DNA of 58,532 bases, the filler included, from Platydemus manokwari (taxonomy: Eukaryota): the NCBI GenBank assembly GCA_037951405.1. It is 6 parts of 6 records of this genome, joined end to end, with 100 filler letters (N's around TTAATTAATTAA, not from the genome) between each part and the next. Parts side by side here need not be neighbours in the genome. Positions count along the whole stretch, not along the records: positions 9,680 to 18,590 come from JBBMOY011331094.1; positions 18,691 to 28,291 come from JBBMOY011227321.1; 4 more parts are not named here. One strand, written 5' to 3'. This document shows, piece after piece, positions 13,001 to 26,539 of the stretch. Under the pieces are notes generated by a model. It saw only the letters and a program-made list of their open reading frames with translations, did not search any database and was not told where the DNA came from. A program made the translations under genes and the position numbers. Each line of letters starts with the position of its first letter. Positions within the stretch are counted from its first letter, which is position 1.

Positions 13001-16000
13001 ACTTTGGAACTCTTGTTTTGATATTTTGTATGCATACATACTTACACGTTTATAAAGATAGGATAAAGTACCAATGAATACAAATAATGACATACAAACT
13101 CTTGAGCATAAATTATGCTGCCAATATGGTAAATTGCTGGTTGAGAGAATTCATTATGTCAGTTATGCACAATATAATTTTATTTACAATATAATTTTTT
13201 AATTGATCTCGTCTCCATGGAAATTAAAGTAGAGAATTTAATTTTTCTTAGATAAAATTCTTGAAATTTTATAATTCAGATCGACATCTAATAGTCATCT
13301 ATAAAATTCTTTAATTCTAGAGATTCTTGTTCCACGTTATCCCATTGGTCGATCGATTGTTAAATTACGTGATTTTTAGAAGTTTTTTTAATATTCTTTT
13401 TTATCTGAAAATCTGATCAAATCGTCTATCTAATATAATAATTAATTTCATACAAAATTCCTCAGACTCACTCTTCCTTATCGGAAAAAAATCATTAATA
13501 TATCAACCGATTAAATGTGTCCGTCACGCATTCAATTCAATATTTCATATGATATCTTTCGAAATCTTATTGAATTCATTTTTGTTGATTAAATCTGCTT
13601 TTTGTTTGTTTTCGGAGATATGGTAATAAATATCAATTAAGTTGGCAATTTCTTCAATGCCAAATACATTTCTAGTTTAATGAATGGTTTGATTTATTAA
13701 AACAAAATAATCGATTGGTATTTTTCTCAGTCATGTTTGCAATTTCTGTGGAATTTGATTTATCTGCCTTGACTGTATGTATTATCAAAATATCAAAATA
13801 TTATCATCTTTAAAGGCTATTTTGTTATTCAACGTTGCCTAAATCAGGGGGGCGCGCCCCTTAAGAGGAGCTCAAAAATTTATATTGGAGGCTTCTAAAA
13901 TTTTTAATTCTAAAATAAAATTTAGTTGTTATAATTTCTGATTTTTTGAAAGTAATTTTTTATTTTTTCAATTAACTGCAATTTTATTTTGTGATCAAAT
14001 TATTAATTAATAAAAAAGCATAATTTGAATTATATCTTGCTATGAAGAAGATATTTCATTTAAATAGTATTTCATATAGGAGTTGTGCCCTATTACGGGG
14101 TCCATTTTAGATGCGTCAGTAGCTAATATAATAAAAATGGGGGAGGCGCAATTTAAAAAGTTTGCGCACCCCTTGCCTAAATGATGCCTCACTGAGAACA
14201 CATTGAATGATTTGGAATTAAAGTCAAATCACAAAAATCGCTAGTAATGATTCTGGTCTATATTTTTATACACGTGAAATATTTCTGATTTGTTTTCATT
14301 ATATATCTATTATTGTTTGAAATGCCATTCTGATTTTAATTCTTACACGCAGAATAATCAAATTCTTCACTACGATACGAGTACTCATCCTATGAAACAA
14401 GTGTCTTACTCAGAGTATCAGTCCGAAAACCTGTTACTACTACTCACAGCTTACAAACAGGGAGCGGAGTTTAATGCCGAGTCTCAAAATCAAAGCCTCA
14501 TTCTATCAGGATCTAATAAAGGATGGATTTTAGTGCATGATATTAATCACATGGAAAATATCACTTTTCAAATCGAGGCTCATTCTGAGTCTGCAGTAGC
14601 TTGTATGATATCAGATGTCTCAAATAGCAAGTTCTTTACTTCTGGTTTGGACAACACAATCAAAGTTTGGCATGTATATCCATTTGCAGTCGAACCTCTG
14701 TCCAAGATTCTTTCATTTTTCTGTGGCCTTTTACCGTCAAATTTGATAAATATTAACAACTATTTATTCACTGTTTTCCATGATCCTGCTGGTGGTCAGT
14801 ATCCATCTGTAGTGTATAATATTCATACTTGTGATAGATATGATCATTCTCCAGATGATGATCATATTGAACCTGTAAATTCTGTCAGTGCATGTCCGAA
14901 GATGAAATTGTTTCTCTCTTGCTCTAGTGGATGTGAAAATGTTATAAAGATATGGTCTTGTAAGAATGTGTTGTTAAGAAAAATGGAGATGCATGTTCAA
15001 GTTTATAATGCTGTATTTTCGTCAATGGAGGCAGATATTATTGCGGCAATAGGAAAGCAAATTACCTTTATTGATCATAGAAAATTTTTACCCAAATCCT
15101 ATATTAAAAGACAGACTCTCATGCATTTCGAAGGCCTATCTGATGATAATATACCATTAATAGAATTTGATAATGATATATTCCAGTCATGTTTCGATTT
15201 GGAAGATCGTGAGAAAATGCAAGGAATTAAGTCAGTTTTCCGATATCAGAGTTATGCAGATATTCTCTCTAAAGAAGAAAGTGAAGAAATAGATAAGATA
15301 AATCAGGAAAGAAAAATTAATTTAGACAAGCTGAAAGCGATTGAAGATGATATTACAAGAATACAACACGGTGAGCATCAAAAACCAAAGAAAAAGTATG
15401 AAAAGTACCTTCAAGTTCCATTGAAAACCGATGTATTTAATCGCTATTTTTCTCAGATCGTCAAGTATTGTAAAATTTCGCCACCTATCGAAGAAAAGGA
15501 AGAGCCAAAAGAAGAAATGAAAAATAAATATCCAGAAAAATATAGGAAATCTGAAAAAGTGGGATTCTTCCCGCCTTATGAATATATGAATAAAACAGTA
15601 GCACCCAACAATATTAGAAATGGTGGATATATTCCTAATTCAACAATCGTTCAAAATCTATGGACACCTAACGCAATCAAAGAAAAGGCAGATATTTTGA
15701 AGCCGATAAATTTATCTCATTTCGATGTAACTTACAAAGAACGTCCTAAGTCTCCTGAAGCTGGAGTTCTTGATGATGATGATGATGAAGATGATGAGCA
15801 TGACAGTAAATTTTTTGACTGGGGATCCGACGAAGAGCCAGAAAAAGACGTAGTTATTCCCGAAGAAGAAAATCAATCAGAGAAATTATCAGATGACATT
15901 CTAAGTAAATACGGTTCGTTGATAGAAAGTAAACCATCTTCAATTGAAGATAAAAAAGAACCCGTGGCAGATAAAGTTATAACAGAATCAACACCACCGA

Positions 16001-17644
16001 CTGAAATGATAAGAAGTCATTCAACAACAAAGAGCAGCTTAAAATTGCCCGAAATTATGAGAAAACCTAAAACAATGCCAGATATGCGCAAAGTAAAGTT
16101 CACTTCATCACCAGATTCATCTTTCGTTTCGGATGGACGATCTTCAGAGTCGTCAAGAACTAAAGTACAATCGGTTTCACAATCATCATTATTCATCACA
16201 CAGGTTCCTGATCAAAACAGTGAAAATATTCCTATTTTACCGTATTTCCTATCACAATTTGCCTCAGAAAACTGGTTCTTGAAAATATGTCCTCCTCCAC
16301 ATTATCATGAAGACTGCATGAAACATTTGCCGTCACCTTTGAATCCAAATAGTTTCTGTGTGTACATACTGGATGAATTAGAAAATATCGATAATCCAGA
16401 AGATATGGTTGGAATAGTTACAGCTCTCATTAACCTGTATACCACCGGGAATATTGACAAATCTAATCGTGCCCATATCGGTTATGCAATTGAGAAAAAA
16501 ATCAATAAATTAGCAACACTCGATACAGAATTGAAAATTAAATTCATCAAATCTTCTCTGGATCTTCTGGTTTCTTTAGAAATGGCTAACGATAAGACTT
16601 TGATAGCAATTTGTCTCAGTAGATTGTTTGATGCAAACCTTGAATTGAAAGATTTTATCAAGTCTATTCTTCAACGAATCGGACTGGAAGATGATTCTGA
16701 CATTATTGGTAAGGAATTAACAACTTTTAAACTTTCTTCTGTGAGACCGGGGATTCACAGAGTTGAAGACTTGTTAAAATTAGTAACGGATTGGTTGGAC
16801 AAGCTCTTCATCACAATGACTTCATTTGCTTCTAAATGTCAAGAAGCAATTGGAAAAGAAATCCACGTTATTGAAACCCAATATGGACGACCATCCAATG
16901 TCAGCCTTGCTTACATTGAGACTGTCAAGAGTGTTTTCCGTTTGCAGATTAATTCACATGGAGATTTAGGTCTTCTTGATCCAATTGAGAAAGATCCGAG
17001 GTCGATTTTGAATTACATTAACTGTTTGAACTATTTCAGATTTAAAAAGTTACAAAATCTTCTAACAGACCCAGCAATGGATCACAAAGGTTCTTCCACT
17101 AAAAAAACCATAGTAACGTTACCGAAATTAAGTTCTGATAAACAATGTTTAGTCAGATTAGGTGAATTCAATACAACCAGTTTGCATAAATCAAAAGCAG
17201 TTCTCTCAAATTTGGTAATTACTCTTTCAAAAATTCTTAAAAATTTTATTTTGTTTAAAATATTTACTATATTTGATTTCATATCCAAATAAAGACTAAA
17301 AATACAATTATTTTATCCAACTAAAATAATAGCAAATAGAATAACACAACATAGAAAAATAAATTTTACATTATAATGTTTTATTCTAGAATTCCATTTG
17401 TAACAAGAATGTAATCACAGATAATACATTACCACCATCAATGCAACCATTTCATCATTATCAAATAGCTGTTGGTGGTGGATTTGTACCTTTCTTACAT
17501 TTACATTTGAAGCCTTGCTTGGTAAATCCATTTCCCTCGCCTGACGATTACATTGAATGGGAAAAGGCAAATCCAAAATCAATTTTCAAAAGTCAAAATC
17601 GTACTTTTATACCTCAACTTTCATTGCCACCGGAACCATTTTAG
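10041..17644 (+). CDS. WDR97: WD40-repeat protein, WDR97 (KIAA1875)-like, 6 exons
   Basis: Exons about 10041-10132, 10176-10311, 10365-10574, 10771-11673, 14353-17214 and 17390-17644, joined by in-frame GT-AG introns. N-terminus ERARLRWELLRKS...ISHGIQ...ITLDG...RFMAW..DLAMLGP resembles vertebrate WDR97. It has multiple WD repeats (GHTSSV..DNTLRVWS, AHSES..DNTIKVWH), an acidic middle and a helical C-terminus. AATAAA at about 17675. Confidence 0.8.
11870..12078 (+). repeat. Diverged direct repeat, copy A (in WDR97 intron 4)
   Basis: Aligns with 13319-13530, for example CCTCAGACT(T/C)ACTCTTCCT..TCGGAAA and AATCATTAATATATCAACC(A/G)ATTAAATGTGTC(T/C)GTCACGCA. Confidence 0.85.
12500..13150 (-). pseudogene. 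Possible decayed Cys-loop ligand-gated ion channel fragment (M3, loop, M4), antisense in the WDR97 intron
   Basis: LSTSNLP/IGSIIY..MSLFVFIGTLSYLYKR resembles the PxTS..PLIG-M3 segment. EMYRFYSYEVEKI/MMCVLII.YAIVISHIMM resembles MA-M4. Frameshifted. Confidence 0.3.
13319..13530 (+). repeat. Diverged direct repeat, copy B (in WDR97 intron 4)
   Basis: Aligns with 11870-12078. Confidence 0.85.
13845..14174. mobile_element. Non-autonomous hAT (Charlie-type) MITE
   Basis: Ends are CAGGGGGGCGC and TTTGCGCACCCCTT. Perfect 8-bp TSD GCCTAAAT at 13837-13844 and 14175-14182. Confidence 0.85.
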
Positions 17645-17729
17645 TAACTGTTAAATCAGACATATTGTTTTCTAAATAAATTTTTCGTATTTGTTGAATC
17701 TAAAAATACTAAATACAATCAATATTTGT

Positions 17730-17745
17730 AGCCCTAAAGAGGGCC
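17730..17745 (-). promoter_or_regulatory. Histone mRNA 3' stem-loop (GGCCCT-CTTT-AGGGCT)
   Basis: 6-bp stem and 4-nt loop about 37 nt downstream of the H4 stop, flanked by CAAAT and ACAAA. Confidence 0.9.
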
Positions 17746-17782
17746 ATTTGTACATGCTCAATTTTTCATTTGGAAATGAAAA

Positions 17783-18127
<345 letters not shown>

Positions 18128-18137
18128 TCATGTACTG

Positions 18138-18145
18138 CTTATATA
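18138..18145 (-). promoter_or_regulatory. TATA box of the H4 gene
   Basis: TATATAAG on the minus strand about 45 bp upstream of the ATG. Confidence 0.65.
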
Positions 18146-18590
18146 GAAAGAAAATGTCCGTAATTACATCATCCATTTTTCATTAAATATCTTACGTTGT
18201 GGTATTTTAGGTTTTTGATATTCTATTAGTGCAATTTGACGATAGGTTTTTTAACATTTTATGATATTTAATTATTTTTTAATTTTATTTCTTATCTTTA
18301 AGAAATCCATGTATATAATGATATATATATATATAACTTTTCATAAAAATTTCTTGTTCTTGTCGTAATTTATTTAAGATTTATTATATTTGATAGAATA
18401 TTATGTTTTGAATTCAATATTAATTTTAATTTTAAATGGACTATTAAATAAGTATTTGACTATTAATTGTTTTTAAAACTTTTACCTTAATTTTGATTTT
18501 TTTCATCAAGAATACAATAAATAAATCTTATATTTTTAATTGATCTTACATTCGGATCATAACAATATGATTATCTGCTAGAAACTTTTT

Positions 18591-18690
18591 NNNNNNNNNN
18601 NNNNNNNNNNNNNNNNNNNNNNNNNNNNNNNNNNTTAATTAATTAANNNNNNNNNNNNNNNNNNNNNNNNNNNNNNNNNNNNNNNNNNNN
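18591..18690. other. Artificial contig linker
   Basis: N44-TTAATTAATTAA-N44. Confidence 0.97.
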
Positions 18691-18768
18691 TCTATATATT
18701 ATTGAATAAATGTCTATATATTTTTGAATAAATGTCTATATATTATTGAATAAATGTCTATATATTTA
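18691..18768 (+). repeat. 22-bp minisatellite (TCTATATATTATTGAATAAATG) x ~3.5, at contig end
   Basis: Tandem units read directly, with no spacers. Confidence 0.9.
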
Positions 18769-19524
18769 TGCATAACCCTAATAATTATCAGGAGATTAAA
18801 TTTTGGAAAGTGCGTTATTTTGTTACCAATAAATGAAATATCATTAACAACTGAAAATATGATTTTATTTAAATTTTTTTTAATCACTTCCTTAATATAT
18901 CATCAAATATTGCCCACAGCCGTAATTTAACAAATTAGGAATGATATTATTAAGTTATCAAAATTTATAATCTATAAATAAATAAAAAGACACAAGTGTA
19001 ATTATATTTTGAAATTTAATTTTAAATTATAAAGATTTGTGATTTTTCGCTGGTTTATTTAAAAATGAATTTCATCTCTATTTCGCACTATATGCAATCA
19101 ATACTGCATACTTCTTTTATATGTATTCTATATTTTTTTCTACTTTCAGAGTCATATTCAAATACGTGGTCATTGTATTTCGGTTTCTATTCCATCAAAT
19201 ACTTACGTCAACCCAAAGGTCTATTTAACCAAAATATGAGAACCAATTACTTAAAGATTTTTTAGTAATAATTTATTGTATTATTAATTTTGTTATTTCT
19301 ACAATTTTTTAAAATACTCTCACATGGAATATTAAGGTCTAATCAATCTGACTGGATCTAATCTAATTGAGATATAATTTCTAAATTTTTAAATTTATTA
19401 TCTTCAATTATGCTTGAGTAATGATAAAATTCAAATATTTATAAAGAATGGTTAAAGTTAATATCTGTGAACTGAAGATTGTGAAGTCATACATACTCGT
19501 ACAGGTTCTCGTTGATTTGTGTCA

Positions 19525-19700
19525 TCATTCTCTATTACAAAATTTACCACTTTTCTTTATTTCATCACTGGATAAGTTTCCAGTTTCTTGAAACTTCTGT
19601 TTCCAGTAATGTGCTGTTTTCCTAGCCGGTGGTGCACGATTGAAATGTTGTTGAAATTCTTGGCGATCTTTGACACTATTCGGGTACATTATTGCATTGC
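19525..19700 (-). mobile_element. Tc1/mariner-type transposase N-terminal HTH (DUF4817-like) relic
   Basis: SVKDRQEFQQHFNRAPPARKTAHYWKQKFQETGNL matches the QRxF...PxxxTIxxWxxKFxETG pattern. Confidence 0.75.
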
Positions 19701-20704
19701 TAACTATAAACACTTTATTCACAAGCAAAAATTTAACATCACCAGCTGCTTTAGCCATATTGTAACAATGCAACTGATTAATAAGAAATAAGAAATAAAG
19801 TACATTAATCAGGAATAATAATTAATATCAATGAGTATAAATATGTGAAAATAAATTATATTGGGTTTTATTGTTTTATTTTAGTTTTAGAGACGAGACT
19901 TATAAATCGCACGGTATATTGATACTTCAAAGATAAAGAAATTATATTTTGGCAATTGCATTCGAGGTTATGCTACTCATTGAAAACGATTGCGTAATTA
20001 CATTATAGATAATGGTAGTTGCACAATAAATAAAAATATAAAAATTTAGAAAAATCGAATTGGACAATGTAGTTTTAAGTCTCTTAAATAATAAAAAATT
20101 ATGAAATTTTATTCCACAATGTTATTATGTGGCATAACAGAAATCTGATTACAACATTAATCATGTAGAAAATGAAATGATTTTTATTTTATAATCCGTA
20201 AATTTTGTCTAATATTTTTTTACTTAGTTATAAAATAGATTAAAAATAATATTAATATAACAATAAGATTCGTATCAATATTAGCAGTTTTTTATGAATG
20301 ACACATCCTGATTAACCATAAAGTATTTATCATTGCATTATGTCAGTTGAATATATTAATGAAATCCCATATGTTTTGTCAAAATCTGAGCCAGAAAATT
20401 ACAAATGCCAATTTTAAAATCCAACAAACTGCTAAAATGCATGCAATGTATTTGAATTATTTATCATTTTGATCAGATAATAGAAGAGATTGTAAGATCA
20501 GAAAAATGTACGTCAATTGTTACACTTCATATTTCAAATATTTGATTAAGTAATATTCGATCGAGAAAGTATTGAAATCTGTGATAGCGAGTAAAATGAG
20601 TTTCTTTAAAAATATATGTTTTGATTTCAATTTTAGAATACTGATTAAAAATGAGCACTCGTTTCTTATCGCTGGAACGATATAAAGAATGTCTAAGTTA
20701 TGCT

Positions 20705-20739
<35 letters not shown>

Positions 20740-20744
20740 AACTT

Positions 20745-21200
20745 GTAGTCGTTTATTAAATCCCGAATAGACCTAAATTTAATGCAATCTTCTTCGATCT
20801 GCTTGATAACCAGCTACAATTTCATGAGAACAACGTGGACATTGTCATTTCTCTTTTAAAAATTTCCACGACATTCATACACAATCTCATAATTAAAAAC
20901 GAATCCAGGAGCCCAACATTGATTATTGACCTATAAATTCAGAAAAATTTCACAATTCTCCGGAATCTTAACTTTATAATATAAACGTCAATGGCCTCTG
21001 ACCCCTTTAATATTTACGTAATCTTCTGTGATAGCATAACAACAAACTATTCGAACTTAAATGATTATGTAAAAAAGATATCGGATTTATTTCTTACGTC
21101 CTCACCAGTTCACTCTTCAAAGGTCCTCACTCGATTTACCTCGTCCATACAGACAACTACACTTCCTCGTAAGGAAAATATACAGCTATTCTCAATTAAT
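20745..21200 (-). mobile_element. Possible CR1/L2-type LINE RT C-terminal relic
   Basis: Fragments CWAP and LNLGLFG..KRL resemble VWSP and RLxxLxLxxLxxRR. Very decayed. Confidence 0.3.
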
Positions 21201-22671
21201 TGAAATCTCCTTCGTAATGACCACATTTAAAATAAACTTAGTGAAAGAGACAAATTAAAGTAGAAGACACAGGCACGGTTGCGTTAACAAAAGTGATTCC
21301 CCATGTTCAGTGAAGATTGTTAATTCGTTGGATTAAGTAAGTTTTTAATGTAATCTTAAATATTTCGTAGAAGCGAAAAATCATTCCAACCCTTCCATTG
21401 AATCCATCAATTTATATACTTCTAAAGAAACTTAACTAAACGAAAAATTGACAAAATTTAAATAGGTTCAGGAAACTGAATCAATTTTTCAAAATGATTT
21501 ATTTCGATTGAAATAAAAGAAAATATAAAAATAACAAATCAATCATAATGGATTTCAATTATATCCGAATGCCTAATGGGAATTCTGGAACACCTAATTC
21601 ATTCTAAATCCTATTAAATTTGATTATTAAATTATGAATTAGTTAAATCAATAAAATAATAAAATTATTTGAATTAATAAGCTTATTTTAATTTACAACA
21701 TTTAAAATGCTTATGTCGACTATATTATTTCATATGTTTATTTTATGCAGCCCAATTGTAAGCTGCTATCATTTCATGAAATAGTAATTGAAAACGAATT
21801 TTAAAAATCAATCCCACCAAGTCTAATTGACAGAAATATTCAAACAAATTATTTTAATATTTGTTTAATAATTTATTTTCTTTTTAAATTAGTTAAAGAT
21901 TATTTATGAAAACTTTAAAATCCGTTTACTTATTTCGATTGATCTATTTACAACTATTTGTAAATCTGCATAAAAAATAAAAAGATTTTCAAAAGCACCT
22001 TAACGGAAATTTTAAACATGTAATCTCATCAATTACATACAGTAATTCCATCAAACATTGCTCAATAGAATACAAATAAGGGAAATAATCTCTTTTCTTT
22101 TTCTCCTGTAAACTGTGCATCGAATTCGAATAACAAAGAATTGTAATTAAATTTTCTTGTTTTCGTTTTGAATACAAAAATATATATAATTAGGGCGAAC
22201 AATTTTGGATAAGTAAGTTATTGGGGCACAAAAATTTCTTTGATTTTTAATTATTATACAGTATTGAATTTTGATAATGTTTTATTTCGCTTATGGAGGA
22301 TTTGGTTGTTTTTTAGTATTTTTAAAAATTATTTAATATTTATCTTTTCCTAACTTAATTTTTTCAGGTTCTCTGACTTGTAAAAAATTTAGTACCCACA
22401 TAGATTGGAATATTTTTTCACTTATTGACATTAAAGCTGGATTCAATTATTGATTGTCTGTAATTGTGTTATAATAGTCGAGCTTTTACTATAGGGAATG
22501 GACTATCAATATTGTGAAATTCAATCTCAACAAATTTCAGAAAAAATTGGATAATAACTTGTCATTGTTGTTTAGCCTAGACAAGACATTGTTATTTGAT
22601 TGGCTTAAATATATTTTTTCGTTTTTTATTATGAGAATAAATAAATTATTTTAAAAATTTTTAATCGTTAT

Positions 22672-24515
22672 TGTGAGATATTTTAAATGAATTAATTTTT
22701 TAATTCTAATATAATTCTAATTTTATATATTGACGTGGTTAAATAAACAAACACGTTGTATTTGTTTAAATAATTGATTGGCAGATTAGTTCAGTTTTCG
22801 AAATAAATGTTATGTCTACAAGTGTCAGTGATGTGTCAGTGACCACATCTTGCAGACCATTGCAATTACAAGAAATTAGCAGAAGAAAAAGCTACTAGAG
22901 ATTTTGCAGCTCTAAGTTTAAATATTCGAAAATTCGATTGAAGAAATTCAAATGAGGCCACAAAGTGGATGCAAGATGCAGAGCAGTGGCTATTAATTAA
23001 TGGTTGGAGCCTGATTAGTGCCTTTGATTTACTGACGAGGCAATTTCAATTCGGAAGAATACTACAGAAGACTCAGCTAAATTGTGGTTTGAAGGATACA
23101 TTTATAATCAAAAAATCTATAATGAAAATGATTGTCGAACTTGCAAATGTTCAACAATCTGAGACCGAACCGTTTGCTACCTTCGAGATAAGGGTTCACC
23201 GATTGGTTGAAGAGGTGATGAATTAAAACAAGATTCGATAGTGATGGATATCATCAGCAAGAGAACACAGTCGAATAAGTTAAAAGAAACTTTTTCCGTA
23301 AAGCGAGACTTAGATATCATAAAAGTTAGGAATGCTGCAAAGGTCTTCGAGAATCGAGAACAAAGTTTACAACGAATTCCCAAGTAGTCAATACAATCCG
23401 TAGGGACAGCTATGCTCAAAATCTAAAAACTACAAGAAGTAACCGGTGGAATAACAAGTACAAAAAAGAAGGCAAAGAGTCAAGTAATTATAAACTACTA
23501 CGTACTATCAGAACACGAAACCCCAAGCCAATAACTTCAGAACAGAGGTTTGCTTCAGGTAAAGAGACACCAGTGCATTCGATGAAATACATGGCCAAGA
23601 AACTGTACCCAAAAGAAGAACGCTTGTGCTGAAATTATTGCTTCTGCTGTGAAGAAAGTGTACACTACAAAAGCCAGTGCCCCCTAAGGCACAAATTTTT
23701 AATATGCGGACAAGAAAGCCATAATATCAGATCGAGCCATTTAATACGAAGTACTAGACACAGAGTAGAAGGTAAAATTTATTGTATTCAGGAAGAAATC
23801 GAGGAAAAATTTTATCCAATCGACTGCGAGTGATGCATGAGGTTGAACACCAAAAAAACCTCTGCAATTCCGTCGCATACATTTTGCCAGTGGGGTTGAT
23901 TCAATAGATAGCAAGAAAATTCTGAATGGAACCAGATGTGAAGAGATGTTTAAGAAGGACAACGCCAGAGCATGGAGTAACTTGTTGACCAACAAAGCTT
24001 CAGTAAAGATGTTGTGGGATTCGAAAGTATCTATAACAGTGATGAGCGAGTACTATTGGAAGAAACTGGGAAGACCAAAATTGCATAGTAGTTTGATTAC
24101 TCTTAGTGGAGTATTTTCAGAGGGTACCGAACGTCCTGTGGGTTATTTAGATGTTATTTCCGAGTGAAAAGGGAAGATTCTAAGGTTTGTGATAACAAAA
24201 AGAATATGTCCCGACTTCGTCGGAGATGTTGTCACTATGAATGCATTCGGGATTCAATTGAAAGAGGTGGCCACAATCGATTCATCGCAATTTATCGACA
24301 AATATACAGATGAGGGAAGATTGAAACATGCATTGGAAAATGAGAACACGGGTAGAATTGGAAGACTCGTTAAAGAATACAGAAATCTATTGATAGCTTC
24401 GAAATTGGATCTAGGCAGAACCAAATTAGTTGTTCACAATATTATAATTACCAGAAATCCTATTTTGCAGAATCCCAGAAGACAGCCCATAAACTTAGAA
24501 GCAAAAATTGAAGCA
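22672..24515 (+). mobile_element. Ty3/gypsy relic: putative 5' LTR (22672-22847), gag, CCHC knuckles, protease, RT start; 3'-truncated
   Basis: TGTGAG...AATAAA...ACA LTR-like block followed by a PBS-like TCTTGCAGACC. Gag QSETEPFATFEIRV, knuckle CFCCEESVHYKSQC, protease MLWDSKVSITVMSE (degenerate DSG) and PILQNPRRQP. Same family as 5270-6945. Confidence 0.88.
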
Positions 24516-26539
24516 AAAACTTCCAAGAAAATTATAATAACGATAATTATTACGAACTTAAAAATAAAACGCATGTAATTACTTGTAATTGTCTATTCGC
24601 ATGTAATAAATTTGACAATTCTAATTTAAAATTAATAGTAATAAATTAAAGTCAACTCAAATAAAGGAAAATTTTAACTTAGTAATGAGCAAAATAGAAC
24701 TTTGCGAAAATTGAAAATTTAGTATATTGTATAACAAAATTTCATAAAACAGGTATAATCAAGAAAAGTTTTCTGACAAATAATTCAATGACCAGATAAA
24801 TTTAGAAAAAATTTGAAAGAGAATTAATGTGGAAGAAAATAGAAAAAATAAATTTAAATGATATTATAGTAGGAAACATTAAGGAAATTACTAAATAAAT
24901 CAGTGGATTTCTAATTAAGTAAATAACTATACTAGAGAACTTGTTTCTGATCAAAGGCGCACAAATTTTAATTGAGTTATAAATCTTTTCAGGGGCAATA
25001 TTTGACACACATAATTTCCCAAGCAACCGAGGAAAGCGCGCGATCAAAATTAAAGAATCTTTGAATTTTTTTTTCAAATTCTATTGATTCCAGTAAACAG
25101 TTTTTAGACATCAATTAGCCCGTATTTATAATAAAATTATTTAATTTTACTGTTAAAATTTTATGGATTATTTTTTTTCGAAATAATAGTTTATCAAAAA
25201 GTAAACCCCTTCTCAAAAATTATCTATTGATTGATTGAAATAATTATATGAAAATATTGAACGATATTGCGCAATATGTTTCAAATAAACCATAAATAAT
25301 CACCCTTAATCCCTTGAAACTCTTTTGAACGTGTCAAAAACTCAATTAATCATAAACAAAACGAAATATATGAAAATCAATGATTAAAGGACACACACCT
25401 AATAAAAGCAGTTACCATCACACCAGTGTCATCAGAGAAACTGTCAGCTAATTAAGTTTATGTTCCAACAAGAGTTGCACAGTAGTTAACTACATATTAA
25501 ATTCCATATCAAAGCTTTGATTCATTAACTAAACCGTGAAAGTTATTTTTGTCATTATATTTAAAAAATTTTTAAATTTCAAAATCACATTTATTTCATG
25601 ATTAATTAAAAATTTTTATGGTTTATTTGTTCGTCCATTTTCTCGTTCATTTATTATTTTATCACCAATGCGTATTTCATTCCTGCTTATTATATATGTT
25701 TAATATAAAAAATCTTAACTTTAATACGGCTCTAATGAATAATTAGTTGATTATAACAGGATTGCATAAATTAATCCATCTATTCTTGGTAATTCAGACT
25801 GAGAAATCTTTGTACTTGCAAGAACAATAATGCAAAACAAGATGAGAAATTTTTCTTTATCTATTACGGGAAATGAAGAAATAGTTCGCTGATTGAACTA
25901 CTAAGGAATGGGATAGATAAAATCTGAAACTTACGGTAGGAAATTTTATGACTTTGTTGTTCTAAGATAAAATCAGAGAAAATCACTTATAATCCTAACA
26001 AGTCTGACAATCAATATCAGTTCAAAGTAATTTAACCAATATTTATTTTATTAATTTTGTGAAATTTTATAAAAAGAAGCAGCACTTCATTAATTGAGCT
26101 TCTCTTTCTAAACTCAAATGTCAATCTTCACTACCTTCTAATAATCAGCTGCTTAAAGAAAACTATAATTAAAATGATTCATTAACACTAATAACCTTTG
26201 AAAAATTGGTAAGAGTCGAAAGATATTCAGAAAGCAGTTAGTAATAATCGGAAGTAATATCGAAAAATTATTTTAGCAATTTATAAGTAGTATCGTTAAT
26301 TTTCATCACACTTCTTGTAAAATTTTATGCTTCTATTAATATTTAGATATTGAAATATATTTTTTATAATATCGCGAAATCGCTTCTCAGAAAAATATTA
26401 TAAATTTTCAATGCATTGTAAAGTTTCGATCTTTAGGTTGAGTTTTGGGTTAATTTATGAGTACGTTCATGTCGTAATTATTTTATTATTTCATTTATTA
26501 TATTTGTTTTTCTTCGAAGGAACTTTGTAAATCATAAAT

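Noticed and set aside
14290-14352. N-terminus of the 1000-aa ORF as a gene start
   Set aside because: It begins at TTG inside an intron. The real exon starts after the CAG acceptor at 14353. Similarly, the H4 ORF extension 18095-18127 is non-coding.
18691-18768. 22-bp repeats as a CRISPR array
   Set aside because: Head-to-tail units with no unique spacers, no cas genes and a eukaryotic context. This is a minisatellite (likewise 39042-39168).
24802-25077. RFPRLLGK as the Penelope RT motif PRLYGLPK
   Set aside because: The following KxHK and PLRPI motifs are absent, so support is insufficient.
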